NCBI RefSeq assembly: GCF_022045235.1
Contig: NW_027266273.1
Span: 1,302,001-1,366,000, forward strand
Reading direction: 5' to 3'
Source of the DNA: Haliotis cracherodii
Taxonomy: Eukaryota
DNA length: 64,000 nt
The translations under genes were made by a program, and so were the position numbers. Under the pieces are notes generated by a model that was not told where the DNA came from, did not search any database, and was given only the letters and a program-made list of their open reading frames with translations. Below, piece by piece: positions 25,085 to 38,360 of the stretch. Positions within the stretch are counted from its first letter, which is position 1. The number at the start of each line of letters is the position of its first letter.

Positions 25085-27924
25085 TTCACACGAAAGCCGC
25101 TTTAGTGCTCTGAGGTAAAAAAGTAACCCTCATTCTTAGCTGAGTGCCCGAGGCCAAGGTTTAACCAACTTTCAATGCTAACGCCTGAGGCTCCCTGGAT
25201 GTGTCGATGGCAATCGTCGTTTTAACCACAAGCTGTCTGATGCAATACAATGGAATGACGAGTACATTGGACTCAAATCACCATAACATGATTTCGACAT
25301 TATATTACCTTTGAGGCTTCTACTTAGACGAGTGTTTAGGGTGCGGATTATGGACATGAATCGGGGCCTCAGTTACTATTTTGTTTTCATCAAGCGTTGA
25401 ATTTAGTTAACTTTTCCAAAAGTGGTTCGCTAGACATGCCTGTATGGCATCGATTATGTTTTTGTTTCTGGCGTTTGCTAAAGAAGCTGTGAAAATATAT
25501 ACCTAATAGTATCATTGATAAGCAATTCTCTCGCATTCAGTAAGATGTTCAATTAAGACGTCGCAATTCTATAACACTCACGTTTACTCCAAACAATTAT
25601 GAAGCAAATGACAGACAAACAAACCTGGTTATATATACACACGCATCCAAAATGAGTTCTCTAAAAAATATATAACAATTACGACGGGATGAGTGTTTAA
25701 TGAAAATATTTAAGGAAACTTAATTTTTTAAACTCTGTAATTTATTAGTCGGTCTTGGGGAACAAGATAATTAATATATTGGGCTGTATGTCAATTAAAA
25801 TGATTTGTTGATCATTGAACCACACACCACACAATATTGGATTCACCATACTCATGGTTTACAAGTACCGGCCATTTTACATATTTTCAATTGCCCTAAT
25901 GAAATTTATGCCAGTCAGCAATACAATAATCTTTGAAGGTTTAGTCTTTACTGATCGTATTTACAAAATACAAGTTAAAAACAAGTCTTCAGAATTCACT
26001 GAAATCGTGTTATTGCGACCAAGTAAGACTTTAAACCCTACTTTCTTGACGCTTCTTTGCAAATATACAGTGTACATTACGTCGAAACATTGTGTCATCA
26101 ATCTGGAAGCATGTTGATCTGGACAATGTCACGAAGTGTCCGGATAAACGCGGCTTCACTGTATGAACATGGGTTGGAGACGTGTCCTATTACTTCTAAC
26201 TTAGTAGCGAAATATACACATGATTTGAATAAGACTTGTTACAAATACTGTACGTTGATACAACATTTTTGTGTATACAGGTAATACACGTAAACCATTC
26301 ACATCACAAATTTGCATTTATAATTCTCATCACAAGGATATATATTCATATAATAATGCACAAGATATGCTGAAACATTCGGGTAATATATTTTACGAGT
26401 ATGATTTAAAACTCTTCACTTTCGGGCTAGATTTAGTTAACTACTTCACAAAAGGAATTCGAAACATGCCTTACAGTTGACACGAATAACTGCCTTCCAT
26501 AGAGAATGTTAATGATATAATTGGGATAATATTGCCAATTCATCAATCTCTATCGTATTAATATTATATTACAACTTAAAGATGAAATGATAACGTTGTG
26601 ATAAAGACGCAATGAAGAAATAGTTACCTTAAAGTGCCGACAGCATTATTCATACCATTTCGTTTACTGCATAAGTGACCATAGTTCACAATGGCAGACG
26701 CTATCTAACAATAACACCTTTAGGCCGATCCACAAAAGACGGAGACCTCGTATTTTGTAATCAGTTGTTATCGCAGTCGTTGATTTGATACTTGATTGCG
26801 AGCAAGCCAACGCCATGTTTTCAGCTGCAATCAGATAAAGGTTGATTGCATTCCTCAACGTTTGATCACACATGCACGGTCCAATAGACATGTTTTCATT
26901 GTCACGATGACAATAAAGCGGAGTGGCTGGGGTTGGTGGCATGCATTAGGATTCGCGTGTTGACGTTCACACAGTTGCCTTACATAGGATTGTTCGTGAC
27001 GAAGTCTTGCCTAGCCCTCTAAAGGTACGTCATGTCTATCAGTTGAATGCAAATATTTAATCTCTTTAACGATATGCTACAACAAATCATATTTAATAAA
27101 CTAAGTTATCGTGTCAAATAGCTCATATTTACATACATGTTAATAATTGATATTTATATTACCCAGTATTTGCAGAGGGATAAAAGAGATCGTGTTAAAA
27201 TGCATACACATATAGAGTATTATGTTGAATCATGGACGAGAATGAATGTTGCAATGGGCTTGTTAATATATTTTTTTTTTATTTGCCCTTGCAAATGCTG
27301 GAAAATAATTTCGTCTCAGGGTTCACAAAAAGAAAGAAAAAGAATTGTTCACTTGTCCTGAAAAAGGTGATGCTATTCCTCCAAATTGTTTGGCTCTTTC
27401 TTTTCGAGATGAAAACTGAACGTATGTTACGAATCAGTGACCCAGAAATAATAGTCGGTCCTTTTTATGTTTTTTTGTCAGTATAAATGTATAACAGACC
27501 ACGTTGTTAACTGCAGATTATATATGTTTTTCCTGATGCACGTCCGACGCAATTCCCTATTTTGACCTGTACCAGTAGTTCCCGTGTTTGTTCAGATGAA
27601 ATATTGACTTGACTATGCAGGTGCTTCTGATAGGTGCCATCGGCAGGGCAGGATACGCTCGCATTTTCACGTACACTTGGTATCGTCACCAATTGATAGT
27701 GATTTAAAAACACATCGTACAAGGCAGAGATCTCTTTTAGCAGATATGTCTTATGATTATGGAAATGGTTTTGTCGCTTCTATTTCTTTTACTAATATCC
27801 GTAAACGCATATTTCACATGGACCTTAGTTAAAGTTATTTTAGTTATCAGTACCCGTTGCAACTTTGCAGACAACTGATATTTGGAATATATATTTTCAT
27901 GGGAAAGGCAGGGAATAGGTTCTC

Positions 27925-28032
27925 GGCCCCGTTCTACAAAGCGATATCAGCGCTACGACTATCGTAAGCAAATGTTAAAGTATGGGGTTTACGATCGTCA
28001 TAACTCTGAGGTCGCTTTATTGAACGGGGTCC
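27925..28032. mobile_element. Short MITE-like inverted repeat
   Basis: GGCCCCGTTCTACAAAGCGA ... TCGCTTTATTGAACGGGGTCC imperfect TIRs. Confidence 0.6.
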
Positions 28033-28089
28033 ATAATAGACGTAGGTACCTATAGTCATCACTTATATACATTAGTCTTCTACCCTGTA

Positions 28090-28359
28090 ATCGTGAAGAT
28101 CCGGGGTAGAATAGGTCTTCAGCAACCCATGCTTGCCGTAAAAGGTGACTATGCTTGTCGTTAAAGGCGATTAACGGGATCAGGTGATCAGGCTCGCTGA
28201 TTTGGTTGATGCATGTAATCGATCCCAATTGCGTGGATCGATGCTCATGATATCAATCACTGGATTGTCTGGTCCAGACTCGATTATTTACAGACCGCCG
28301 TCATATAGCTGGAATATTGCTGAGTGCGGCGTTAAACAACAAACCAACCAACCAACCAA
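28090..28359 (+). mobile_element. SINE family A copy
   Basis: Full-length match to 22729-22995; (AACC)n tail. Confidence 0.9.
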
Positions 28360-28780
28360 CTCCTTTTGATCACTGGTTTGTCAGACCCAGATTCGATTAT
28401 CTACTGTGATGCTTAACAACATTAACCCAGCCCCCTTAATCCGTCCGAAAACAACAAATTTAATTATTCATTCTTCTTGTCTCTGAAACTCCTTTTGGAA
28501 ATAACGATTGACATATAAAACAGAATATGTCGATATAGAAAAGATGCAGCGAAAATCCAAAACATTTTAATAATACATAAACTCCTTCTTGGAGATATAT
28601 GGACTTGAAACGTAATTTCTGTTATTTTTTTCTGGTCCAGATCTGCTCATTTAAACGCCCCTGTGTTCTAGCTGAAGTATTGACTGACTGCGTAATTTAA
28701 CATTATACACTCACTCAAATGTGTCTTCGGGTGATGCTATTTTTTAATTTGACTTTCAGGGACAACTACGATATATAACG

Positions 28781-29024
28781 ATGGGTGTTCTGGATATTTC
28801 TCTCTTTGCCCTTGTCATCCTCGTCTGCCCTGTGGTCCCCACCACCTCCCCTGACCTGGCGTCGGTGTCCCTGCAGATTCAGCAACTACAGACCACAGTG
28901 TCCGACTTAATCTCAGAGCTAGCCAACGTCACGGGCGAGTTGTTGAGGCACAAGTCAGAGGTCAAGAAATACACATCCTACGTTGAGAACATACAACGAG
29001 TAGTTGCCTTTGGAAGTCGCCATG
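28781..29024 (+). CDS. C1q-domain-containing protein, coding exon 1: signal peptide + coiled coil
   Basis: MGVLDISLFALVILVCPVVP leader; heptad-like LQIQQLQTTVSDLISELANV; donor GTCAGT at 29025 (phase 1). A second in-frame donor GTAAAG lies at 29043. Acceptor tttcAG at 28758-28759 suggests an upstream non-coding exon. Confidence 0.8.
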
Positions 29025-29782
29025 GTCAGTTTGATATAGGAGGTAAAGTTGTTTTGCTCTTTCATTTTTCTGTTTTGTTGATAGAAATTAATACACGAGT
29101 GTATGTCAGGTATCATTACGATAAATGGTATATAGCAGCACGAATGCAGCAATCTGTTTCTTACACACTCTAAAATTTTACCATTTTAGAATCGATGCTT
29201 ATTTTGTCTGTTCTCATGATCGTAGTGGCACATTTATACATAACAACGGTCATGAGTGACGTCATCCGGCTCACTGCTTATTACTCATACCTACATGTAG
29301 TGTGACCCTCCACCAAACGTTTCAGTTATATCTGCAGTTGATCAAGACAAATGGTGATAACGCAAACTAGAAAAGATTAAAGAACATTTATAAAACACTC
29401 TAAAACTACACAGTTTCCACACAGGTAGTAAGTGAATTCGACCGAAGCACGAAAAACATATCAATGAATTACAATGTCCGTCATTGTTTGATCTTAGACC
29501 ATCACAAGGAGTAGCCAATCACGGACCTGGAACTCGATCTAGCATAATTATATATTTACCTCAAATTGGTTTCTTAGCCACAGATGTCTGAGAAAAAATC
29601 GATATACCAAACGTCCTGACAATCGAAACCAGATATAACCAGCTGCAGAGGACACAAATCAGTTCATACTTTCCAACGTCCTTGATTCACCCTACAGGAC
29701 AGTTAACGTATCCATGTGGATTAGGTCCGAGTTCGTCATAAGCGACTATTCGTGATATTTGAATTCGTTTCATGAGTTGTCT

Positions 29783-30005
29783 GCACATATTTTTCTCATG
29801 GGTAGAAAGATCGAGTGTAATATTTTCACATGTGCTTTGCACATATTTTTCCCAAGGGTAGAAAGATCGAGTGTAATATTTTCACATGTGCTTTGCACAT
29901 ATTTTCCCCAAGGGTAGAAAGAGCAAGTGTAATATTTTCACATGTGCTTTGCACATATTTTCCCCAAGGGTAGAAAGAGCAAGTGTAATATTTTCACATG
30001 TGCTT
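29783..30005. repeat. 56-bp minisatellite, 4 copies, in the C1q gene intron
   Basis: Units start at 29783, 29839, 29895 and 29951 (GCACATATTTT...GGGTAGAAAGA...GTGTAATATTTTCACATGTGCTTT). Confidence 0.95.
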
Positions 30006-31404
30006 ATTACCGATTCTTCAAATTGACTGGATAGTTAAAGCGATAATACGTAACATACATAATTGTTGTGACTATTATATGACATCATCCATTCTTCACG
30101 AAACAAATTGATAACAATGTCAACTGCAATACACTCACTTCAGTGACTTTCTCTGTAGGCTTGACATTTCAGTTCATACAATTTTCTTCATTTTCTTTCT
30201 GAAAATGGCATAGAATTGCTTGCAGCTCGCTGAATATCATCTGACTAGCAACAGTTTCCATGCACATCACAATATGTGATTATTTTTATAACAAGGATTC
30301 AGAATGAACAAACATGTTTTCTTACCTAAGGAGGGTATCCCGCGGAGTTGTCATGTAAAACATTTTACAATAAAGCCAGCAAACTGAAATCTGATGTAAT
30401 ATCATGATGTAATTTGATGTAACGTATTTCATGTAATATCAATTGTATCTGAGCACCTTGTTGATAGAAGCTTTGTGAAATAAGTGCCCATATTATATAA
30501 CACATAACAGGTTTTTTTCCCATCCCTACATACTTTCCATTCATATTGTTTGACATATTGTTTGTGAGTCAACGTGCCCCTCACATGTTAAGAGGCTAGG
30601 GGAATCTTGACATTGACACCTTACCTGCACGGATTTCAACAATATAGAAGTAGTAGCATTTTATATCATATATAAACAGTAGCAATGCTATATACATATA
30701 TATGTAAGGGGCACAGGTGCCCCAGTCGTCTGAGGCGCCGTAATTCGTTGTGCAGAGTTCTCTCAAAACGCCTTGCCAGGTATCCATATCTTGACTTCGA
30801 ATTCCGGATTCGCCCTGATTATGCCAACTTAAACACTTACCTTTAAACATGTAGAAACAAGTCGTGGGAAGCCATAAACTTATGATCAGAAACTGCGATG
30901 CATTGCCAAAACGCAACAAAATGCGTGGGCGGCATGGTCACGTGGGAAAACGTGTACTCGACCTGTTTATCGTGAGTGTTACCATAGCAGACGAATCTTT
31001 GCTGACGTCAGGGGGAAGAGGAAGAAGCCTTCGTGAAAACTATGCGCATCAATACCTTTGTTTATTGTGTACACGTGTTAATTTGCTGGGTGTCCGCGTG
31101 CTGCCACTGTCCGAGTGCTGCCCCACTGGCTCTATATGTGAAAAGGGTGAGGCGGTGAGTGGTAATTTGCGTCATAGTAAACAATATTCAAGCTTTGTCA
31201 TGGCGGCCTGGAAATAATCGAGTCGAGGTATGGGGACACAGTTAGCCATGTCATACTGAATCCCGCGGATCTTCATTCGTTCGGTCTTCTATAAGCATGT
31301 TTACGATAGTGAGAGCCTCCGCTTCCCCGAAAGTTTCCACTTTTAACCAAAAATCCAAAGAACAAGTTTGAATATGTCAGTATACTGGTGTCATCTAAAA
31401 CTTG

Positions 31405-31613
31405 CCCCCGTGGGGTTTCCGGGTGAGAATAGGTCCCTAGCAATCTGTGCCGGTCGTAAGAGGCGGGTGGTCAGGCCCGGTCACTTGTTGATTGCGTATC
31501 AGCGTCCCCCGACGCCGTTGGTCGCTGCTCATAATGTGTTCAGCCTCTATTATCTACAGGTGGCCCTCATGTAGCGGTAATGTTGTTGAGTGTGGCGTTA
31601 AACAACAAACAAA
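31405..31613 (+). mobile_element. Old, diverged SINE family A copy
   Basis: CCCCGTGGGG...AGAATAGGTCC...GTCGTAAGAGGCG...GTGGCGTTAAACAACAAAC. Confidence 0.75.
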
Positions 31614-31856
31614 CATAAAGAGAGTCTAGGCTCCGACAAATTGGCAGTTCTTGCAATTTTGATTCAAGTTTTTCCAACACCGATTGGTTTTCTGCCAACA
31701 CACATTTGTTATGTAGATTAACCTGACAGTTAATGATTATCCTAATAACATAGATACAATATCACAGTTCCACACAAGGCGCTAAATACAAGAAACAAGA
31801 ACCAAACAAAATCCAAACATCATTAACGTGCTAAAGCTGACTCCTCTCCAATTCAG

Positions 31857-32254
31857 CCTCCGTGGGTTTCCAAGCAGAGCTAGAAAAAGACCCTGCACCA
31901 GTGAGAGACCGTGAGGTTCTCGCCTTCTCTGGTGTGCCCCAAAACAGGGGCAACTGCTACAACTCCACTACTGGTATTTTTACTGCTCCTGTTGGGGGCA
32001 CATACATGTTCTGGTGCAACATCATCAACTTCGACCGACATAACTCCCTCGCCATCTACATATACCGTGACGACATACCTCTGAGCTACACCGTTGCCCC
32101 GCCTGATGTGTACCAAGGAGCTGCAACCGTTTCGACGTTTACTCATCTCAAAACAGGAAGCAGAGTGTGGTTCGTGAAGCACAAAGGATCTGAGTCGCTG
32201 CAAGGTGCTGGTTGGTCCAGTTTTGGAGGAACTCTGATCAGATCCGGTGTATAG
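31857..32254 (+). CDS. C1q-domain-containing protein, coding exon 2: globular C1q domain
   Basis: Acceptor ttcAG at 31855-31856 restores the frame (A-S-V-G-F). C1q motifs VGFQA, LAF, NRGNCYNSTTGIFTAPVGGTYMF, LKTGSRVW, SSFGGTLI. Spliced product is 213 aa (219 aa with the second donor). Confidence 0.92.
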
Positions 32255-33329
32255 TGGAGAACTGTATAACTTATATACTGACTGGTAGTATGGAAGCATT
32301 GGTTGTGTGCACGTGACGGATGGATGCATGAAAGAAATACTGTTATCAGGGTAAACATGTTTTTTGATGGTGTTTGTTTGTCCGCATTTTAAGAAAAATA
32401 TACTCAAGAACTTATATTAATATCACCTTGACGTGTCATTTGAATTGTTATTATTGTTAATAGATTTTTAGAACTTCACAATTATGTTACATGATTTTAT
32501 CTTGAATGTTCTCGTGATTTGGTATACAGACAACAATGTTTCACTTGGCCAATGATAATAATCAGTAAGGTCAGTTCTTCGTGTGACGTTTTGGAAAGAA
32601 GCGGTTCCCACTATTCTATTCTTGATGTACATAATTAGTTGTGTGCCTGTGTGACCTGGGATACCGTTTCATTCAACGGAAACCACATTCACTTCTCACT
32701 CATGACGTTATAATTTTTTAAATTTGAAGTTTACACACTATACGGCATTTCCATTGGACGAGGATCGGTCACATGACCGCTAAATTGACGTTCATAAATG
32801 TATGAACGACACAATGTTGACGGAAGCTCCGACGTTCATACAGTTTGGCCCTCACTCTATGAAGCTTCATACTCCAATGAACTCACACAAAGTGAAAGTC
32901 AATTCTTAAATGACACACAGAAGGGATTGTCTTTTGTTATTGTTTTTTTCTAATTAAAATAATCATTTGTTTACGATGACTCTTTGTTTGTGAATCAGGA
33001 AAAACATATCACACCATAGCAATACATCAAACAAATGTACCAACCATTCCATGTAATGTTTTGAAAACAAAAATTTTTTCCATAAACTATTGGAAATAGG
33101 TAATTTTGCCTCAGGTATTTCTGAAACAATTGTGTCTGCTGGACTACGATAATAAGAGAGATAGTGTGGCTTGCTTTCCATGTGCACGTGACTCCATTGC
33201 GACTCATCAATACATCTCAGTGGCACGTGCCGCCGTCATATAGCTGGAATATTGCTGAGTGTGGCGTTAAACAACAAAAAAACCAACAAACAAACAAACT
33301 GTGAAGACTATGGGAGTGCTCACTGACTC

Positions 33330-33440
33330 GACCGCACTAGTGGATAGAGCGAAGAAGTCGGTTGTTCAATCCCCGGCCGCATCATAGCGTAAGACGTTAA
33401 CAGATGGTACTTGTTGCTACCCTGGCGCTCGGTATAAAGG
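33330..33440 (+). mobile_element. Degenerate SINE family C copy
   Basis: GACCGC...AGTGG..AGAGCG...GTTCAATCCCC...AAGACGTTAACAGATGGTACTTGTTG. Confidence 0.65.
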
Positions 33441-33924
33441 CGATGCGCCTGCTCGAATACCAACACGTAGGCACGTTGCTATATATGTTCAATAGCATTG
33501 AACGCGACGTTAATCCCCGTGATCGAGTTATCAACAGGAGAAGCAAACCGTGGTCTATGAAGCCAATCCTGATACTTTACCTCTCCCAGACAAGGTTCTA
33601 TATAAGAAACTGAGCATCATCTACATATGTAATAACAGCTCAGTTCCATCATACCAAGCTAACCTGTTGAGAGAATATGTTCCAAACAGGCAACTGCACA
33701 ATTGCATAAGGTAGTAATCTGTTAACTGATTTCAGTACCCAATTTGCATATCTTTATTAGAACCTCCCGGACTTCTTGCCCGTTGTCACGTTGATCGTGT
33801 CATTTTGACGACATGTAGTAAATGTATGACGATGCATTGTATGTGATTGACTTACTGCTGTAGTTCTTAACCGACCTTTATCATCTAATAATCTGATAAT
33901 TATATTATGTTAATCTACATGATG

Positions 33925-34052
33925 NNNNNNNNNNNNNNNNNNNNNNNNNNNNNNNNNNNNNNNNNNNNNNNNNNNNNNNNNNNNNNNNNNNNNNNNNNNN
34001 NNNNNNNNNNNNNNNNNNNNNNNNNNNNNNNNNNNNNNNNNNNNNNNNNNNN
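33925..34052. other. Assembly gap
   Basis: Run of N. Confidence 1.
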
Positions 34053-34389
34053 GAAAATTGTAAAAAAAGTTGTTGTTTTTAAAAAAATCGTCATTCCCTT
34101 ATGAGAAATCTCTTTGACCCATCCGCAACAGTCCAGTTCGAATAAAACGACGCTAAAAACAGACGTCCAATTACTCTATTCAAAATGCTAGGTTACATAA
34201 CCGTATATTCGACAAATAACTTCATTGTGACATATTGTTCAATACTCTTATAAGGCTATTCAAGATTTTTTTTGCATGACTTGCTTCAACAGTACGTTCA
34301 CCAGTTCGACACGACTGAACGAGTTATGACGAAGGGTACAAACACAGGCTGGTCAACCAGTGTGTCGATTTGCAGTGGAAACGCTATAC

Positions 34390-34855
34390 GAGTTGATAAG
34401 GAGTACATGATTTTTTTCTTGAAACAAACGAGGGAATTTAATCATATTTATACAATTCATTTTATTTTGACGAAGAATTCAAATACAACAAATGAGTTGA
34501 CAGATCCCGTGCATACACAAATAACATCCGGTATCTTCGGATAACTCTTGTACAGTTTCAAAGAGTATACGAATTATTATAAATTTCTTGCAATCAATTG
34601 CTGAAATATATCTGCTTGTATCCAAATAGAAAGGAATTGAAAATTTATCATGATAATATGTTTGTCACTAATGTAAATTTTCTCTTTGACCTTGAAACGT
34701 ACTTGAAGATCATTAAACTCGACAATCGTTGGTGGATTGCGCCAAGAAACCTTGATACGAAATATATACGTACAATAATCCCCTGAAAACATAACCTCCT
34801 CTGAAAGATTAAGAGGATTAAAGTAATTTGGGCTAACATCAAGCACTGTAATAAC
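34390..34855. repeat. Left arm of an inverted duplication (partner 37335-38360)
   Basis: GGTGGATTGCGCCAAGAAACCTTGATAC is the reverse complement of GTATCAAGGTTCCTTGGCGCAATCCACC (one mismatch); TTGACGAAGAATTCAAATACAACAAATGAGT matches ~38260-38290. Confidence 0.8.
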
Positions 34856-35210
34856 ATACTCTCTTAAAATGCCAATGAAATGACTGATGACTTACCAAAA
34901 AGTATATTTTGCTCCGATTTTTTTTACCTAGTTCTAATTGCCTACCCTTATCACTTTTTTTCTGAAATTGAGTTAAAACTTCTAAATTTGAGACTGCAAT
35001 ATATGTCTTCAGAGGGTATTTCATACACTATGTAACAACTGTTTTACCCCATCTCAAATTTGGTTTCATGCTGAATCGCTCTTTTCAACTACTGCTAACA
35101 CACTTTAAATGCAAGGAAAGCATCCCAAACATATATTTTTATATGTAAATACATTGTGTTGATAACCACGTACTTAACCTACAGAAATAACACTCCAGTG
35201 AGTTTATATA

Positions 35211-36476
35211 TACTCTTCCAAAAAAGAAACTTGACACTGACTTTCAAAATGTAATATAATGCGATTGTTTCAAAATAGGACACAGAAACCATAATTGAAA
35301 CACTGTTTGAAGATCAATGTACACAATGTTCAAAACATTAATCGTGTCACCTAGACAGACACACGTACACGATACAGTTAATGTCACAGGGGTACAGAAA
35401 ATGTCAGTATCGGTTGTGCCCACCACGTGCATCAATCACCGCTTGACACCGACGACCCATAGATGCAATCAAGTTGTCAATAACACGCTGTTGGATGTGC
35501 TGCCATTCATGCTGAAGTGCATCAAGAAGCGCCGGAAGTGTTTGGGGCGGTGGATTCCTTCTGCGAACGCGTCGATCCAACTCGTCCCACAGATGCTCAA
35601 TCGGGGACAAATCTGGTGACTGGGCTGGTCAAGGTAATGTCTGGATGTTGTTGTGCTGTAAGAAGTCCTGACAAACACGTGCAATATTCGGTCGAGCGTT
35701 GTCCTGCTGGAACTGTTCGCCATGAACGTTGACGTGAGTAAGAACGTAAGGCTGTAGGATCAAGTCTCTGTAACGCACACCTGTCAATGCACCTGCCACA
35801 TGCACGAGAGACGTCCTACCACCGTGATGAATTCCGGCCCATACAATGACACTCCCGCCGCCAAATGGGACAACCTGCTGCACACAGTTGGGGGCATAAC
35901 GTTCACCCCGACGTCTGTAGACACGTGCGCGCCCATCAGCACTTGTCAGTAAGAAACGGGACTCGTCAGTAAACAGTACATTTCTTCACCTTGCACGTGC
36001 CCATCTAAGCTTCATTTGGCACCAAAGCAGACGGTCCGCCAGATGACGTGGTGTCAATACATGACGTCGAACAGGTCTTCATGCAAAAGTCCAGCCTCCC
36101 TCAGTCTGTTGCGTACCGTTTGATCTGATATTCTGCGTACCCCAGGGATCTGTGTGCATTCTGTCACCGCCTCTACTGCCGTTATAAGGACTGTATGAAC
36201 AGCCGTTGATGTGGATTTTTATACCCATTCAGCAGGGGGGCTTGCGTGCCTAAATGCAGGATCCTGTGCTGCAAGTTTTTACAGGCGGTTGCGTTTGGAT
36301 GAAGCTGTAAGATTGATCCCCAAACGCTACGTTTATGTGCTTTACATGTGTTTTCGCGAATTATAGACACATCATCTTTCTGTTTGACTTATTTGGTTCT
36401 CCTTAAATATAATTATTTTAGATATTTGGCAAAAAGTGGTTTTACATCTATGTCAAGTTTCTGTTTTTGAAGAGTA
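35211..36476 (-). mobile_element. Tc1-like DNA transposon, internally deleted
   Basis: TIRs TACTCTTCCAAAAAAGAAACTTGACA / TGTCAAGTTTCTGTTTTTGAAGAGTA, TA flanks; LFTDESRF, QQDNARP, SPIEHLW, GGHNRY*. Most of the N-terminal HTH is missing. Confidence 0.95.
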
Positions 36477-37077
36477 TATATACAACAATGTTCGATATAT
36501 CAAGTTTCAAAAAGTTTTCACACCCCACACAAAGGCATATTTAATGACGAGTGTACGATAGATGCTGTACCAAACTTCCCTAAACAGTTTTGTACATTTG
36601 TATATATATATGTAATCCAACTGTTTGGAGTACAGTTTAACAAAGTATGTTGTAATTTCATTACAGTGCCTGTTGTTTGTTGGAATTACTTTAATTCTCT
36701 TAAACCCCCAGAGGAGGTTATGCTTTCAGGGGATTATTGTCCGTCTGAAACTAGTGATAAAAAATGAAAAACGTATTATCTACGAAGAATATACTTATGT
36801 CTTCGTTGGACATACTTTTATCTACGTAGAAGATACGTTTATCTAATGCATTTGCTACATTCTAATTCGTATATCTACAGGTTTGTGTTTCTGTTTTATC
36901 TTTTAAAATATCTTACTTTGTTCATTTGTTACATTTTGTATAACCTTTAATTTCTCATATCAGCATTTTTGTGGGACCTCTCACACAGTAGTGTCACTCA
37001 TCTTTCACTTGGAACTATATGTAGAAGTGCAGTCATAGATCTGATACCAATGACATATAGAGGTCGTATTTACTGGC

Positions 37078-37230
37078 ATACATACATACATACATACATA
37101 CATACATACATACATACATACATACATACATACATAAACAAACACAAAAACACACACATACATACATACCTATGTGTCTATGTGTTTGTATGTATGTGTG
37201 TGTATGTGTGTATGTATGTGTGTGTGTGTA
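37078..37230. repeat. (TACA)n and (TG/TATG)n microsatellites
   Basis: Directly visible. Confidence 0.95.
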
Positions 37231-37334
37231 TACTGATGAGGGCATAGTGTCGGAGATAAATATAATTTGATTTCTTAGTTAGTCACTATTCTTTTCATTG
37301 GAATGTTAAGAAGGTATACTATAATTTCAATATT

Positions 37335-38360
37335 TTATTACAGTGCTTGATGTTAGCTGGAATTATTTTAATCCTCTTAAACCCCCAGAGAAGATTATCC
37401 TCTGAGGTAATTTTTGTCCGTATATATGTCACAAATTAGTGATAACTTATGAAAAACGTAATTATCTGTTTCGACAATTATGTATCGCATTATATGTGAG
37501 GTACCAAATTTGGTATCAAGGTTCCTTGGCGCAATCCACCAACGATTGCCGAGTTTAATGATCTTAGAATACTCTTCGTATAAGGTCAAAGAGAATATTT
37601 ACGTTAGTGACAAAACCCTTTTCATTATAGTTTTCTCACCCTTTCACTTTTGATCACAGATATATTTCAGCAATAATTGATTGAAATATATTTATTATAC
37701 ATTCGGATGCTTTTTGAAACTCAACAAGTCATGCCCGAAGATACAGGATATTATTTGTGTATGCTTTGAATTATGATTTCATGCCGTGATCATGATTGAT
37801 TCTGTTTTTGTTGTTGGGGCAAGGAGTTATTATCCCAGCAAAAGTTGTCAGTAAGTTGTTGTTAGTTCTTCATGACATATGAAAGGAATCCAGACAGTTA
37901 GATTTATTCATTAATTTAATTAAATATACTTCTTCCTATGAAAGGAAATATTTTATGTTATATTAATGATCCATATGTTAATCATACATTGATACAAATA
38001 TTTCATAAGTTAACATGGTTTGCATTTATTTATTATTATTTCTTTATCTGTGACAAGTTCACAGAGATCGAGAATACACAATATCTAATAGTATATGCAA
38101 TGTAGGTAAAGAATATCCACGCCCATCTTTTGATATTAATAAAAACATTGTATATAACGTTATGTATTAAGTATTCTCCTTCCCCATGCATGGGAAATCT
38201 ATGCTGCATTTGCTGACGACTGTTTTGTTCCCCTTTGACATTGCACAGGAGATCTGTCACTCATTTGTTGTATTCGAATTCTTCGTCAAAATATAATGTA
38301 TCAATACGATTGAATTGTCTCGTTTGTTTCAAGGAAACGGTCATGTGCTCCTTATCAAAT
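37335..38360. repeat. Right arm of the inverted duplication, with ~480 bp of extra sequence
   Basis: Reverse complement of 34390-34855, interrupted at ~37766-38245. Confidence 0.75.

Noticed and set aside
29783-30005. Possible CRISPR-like array (also 43190-43375 and 39380-39583)
   Set aside because: No unique spacers; contiguous tandem units in a eukaryotic context.
31880-32407. 175-aa minus-strand ORF
   Set aside because: Antisense shadow of the C1q exon; no motif of its own.
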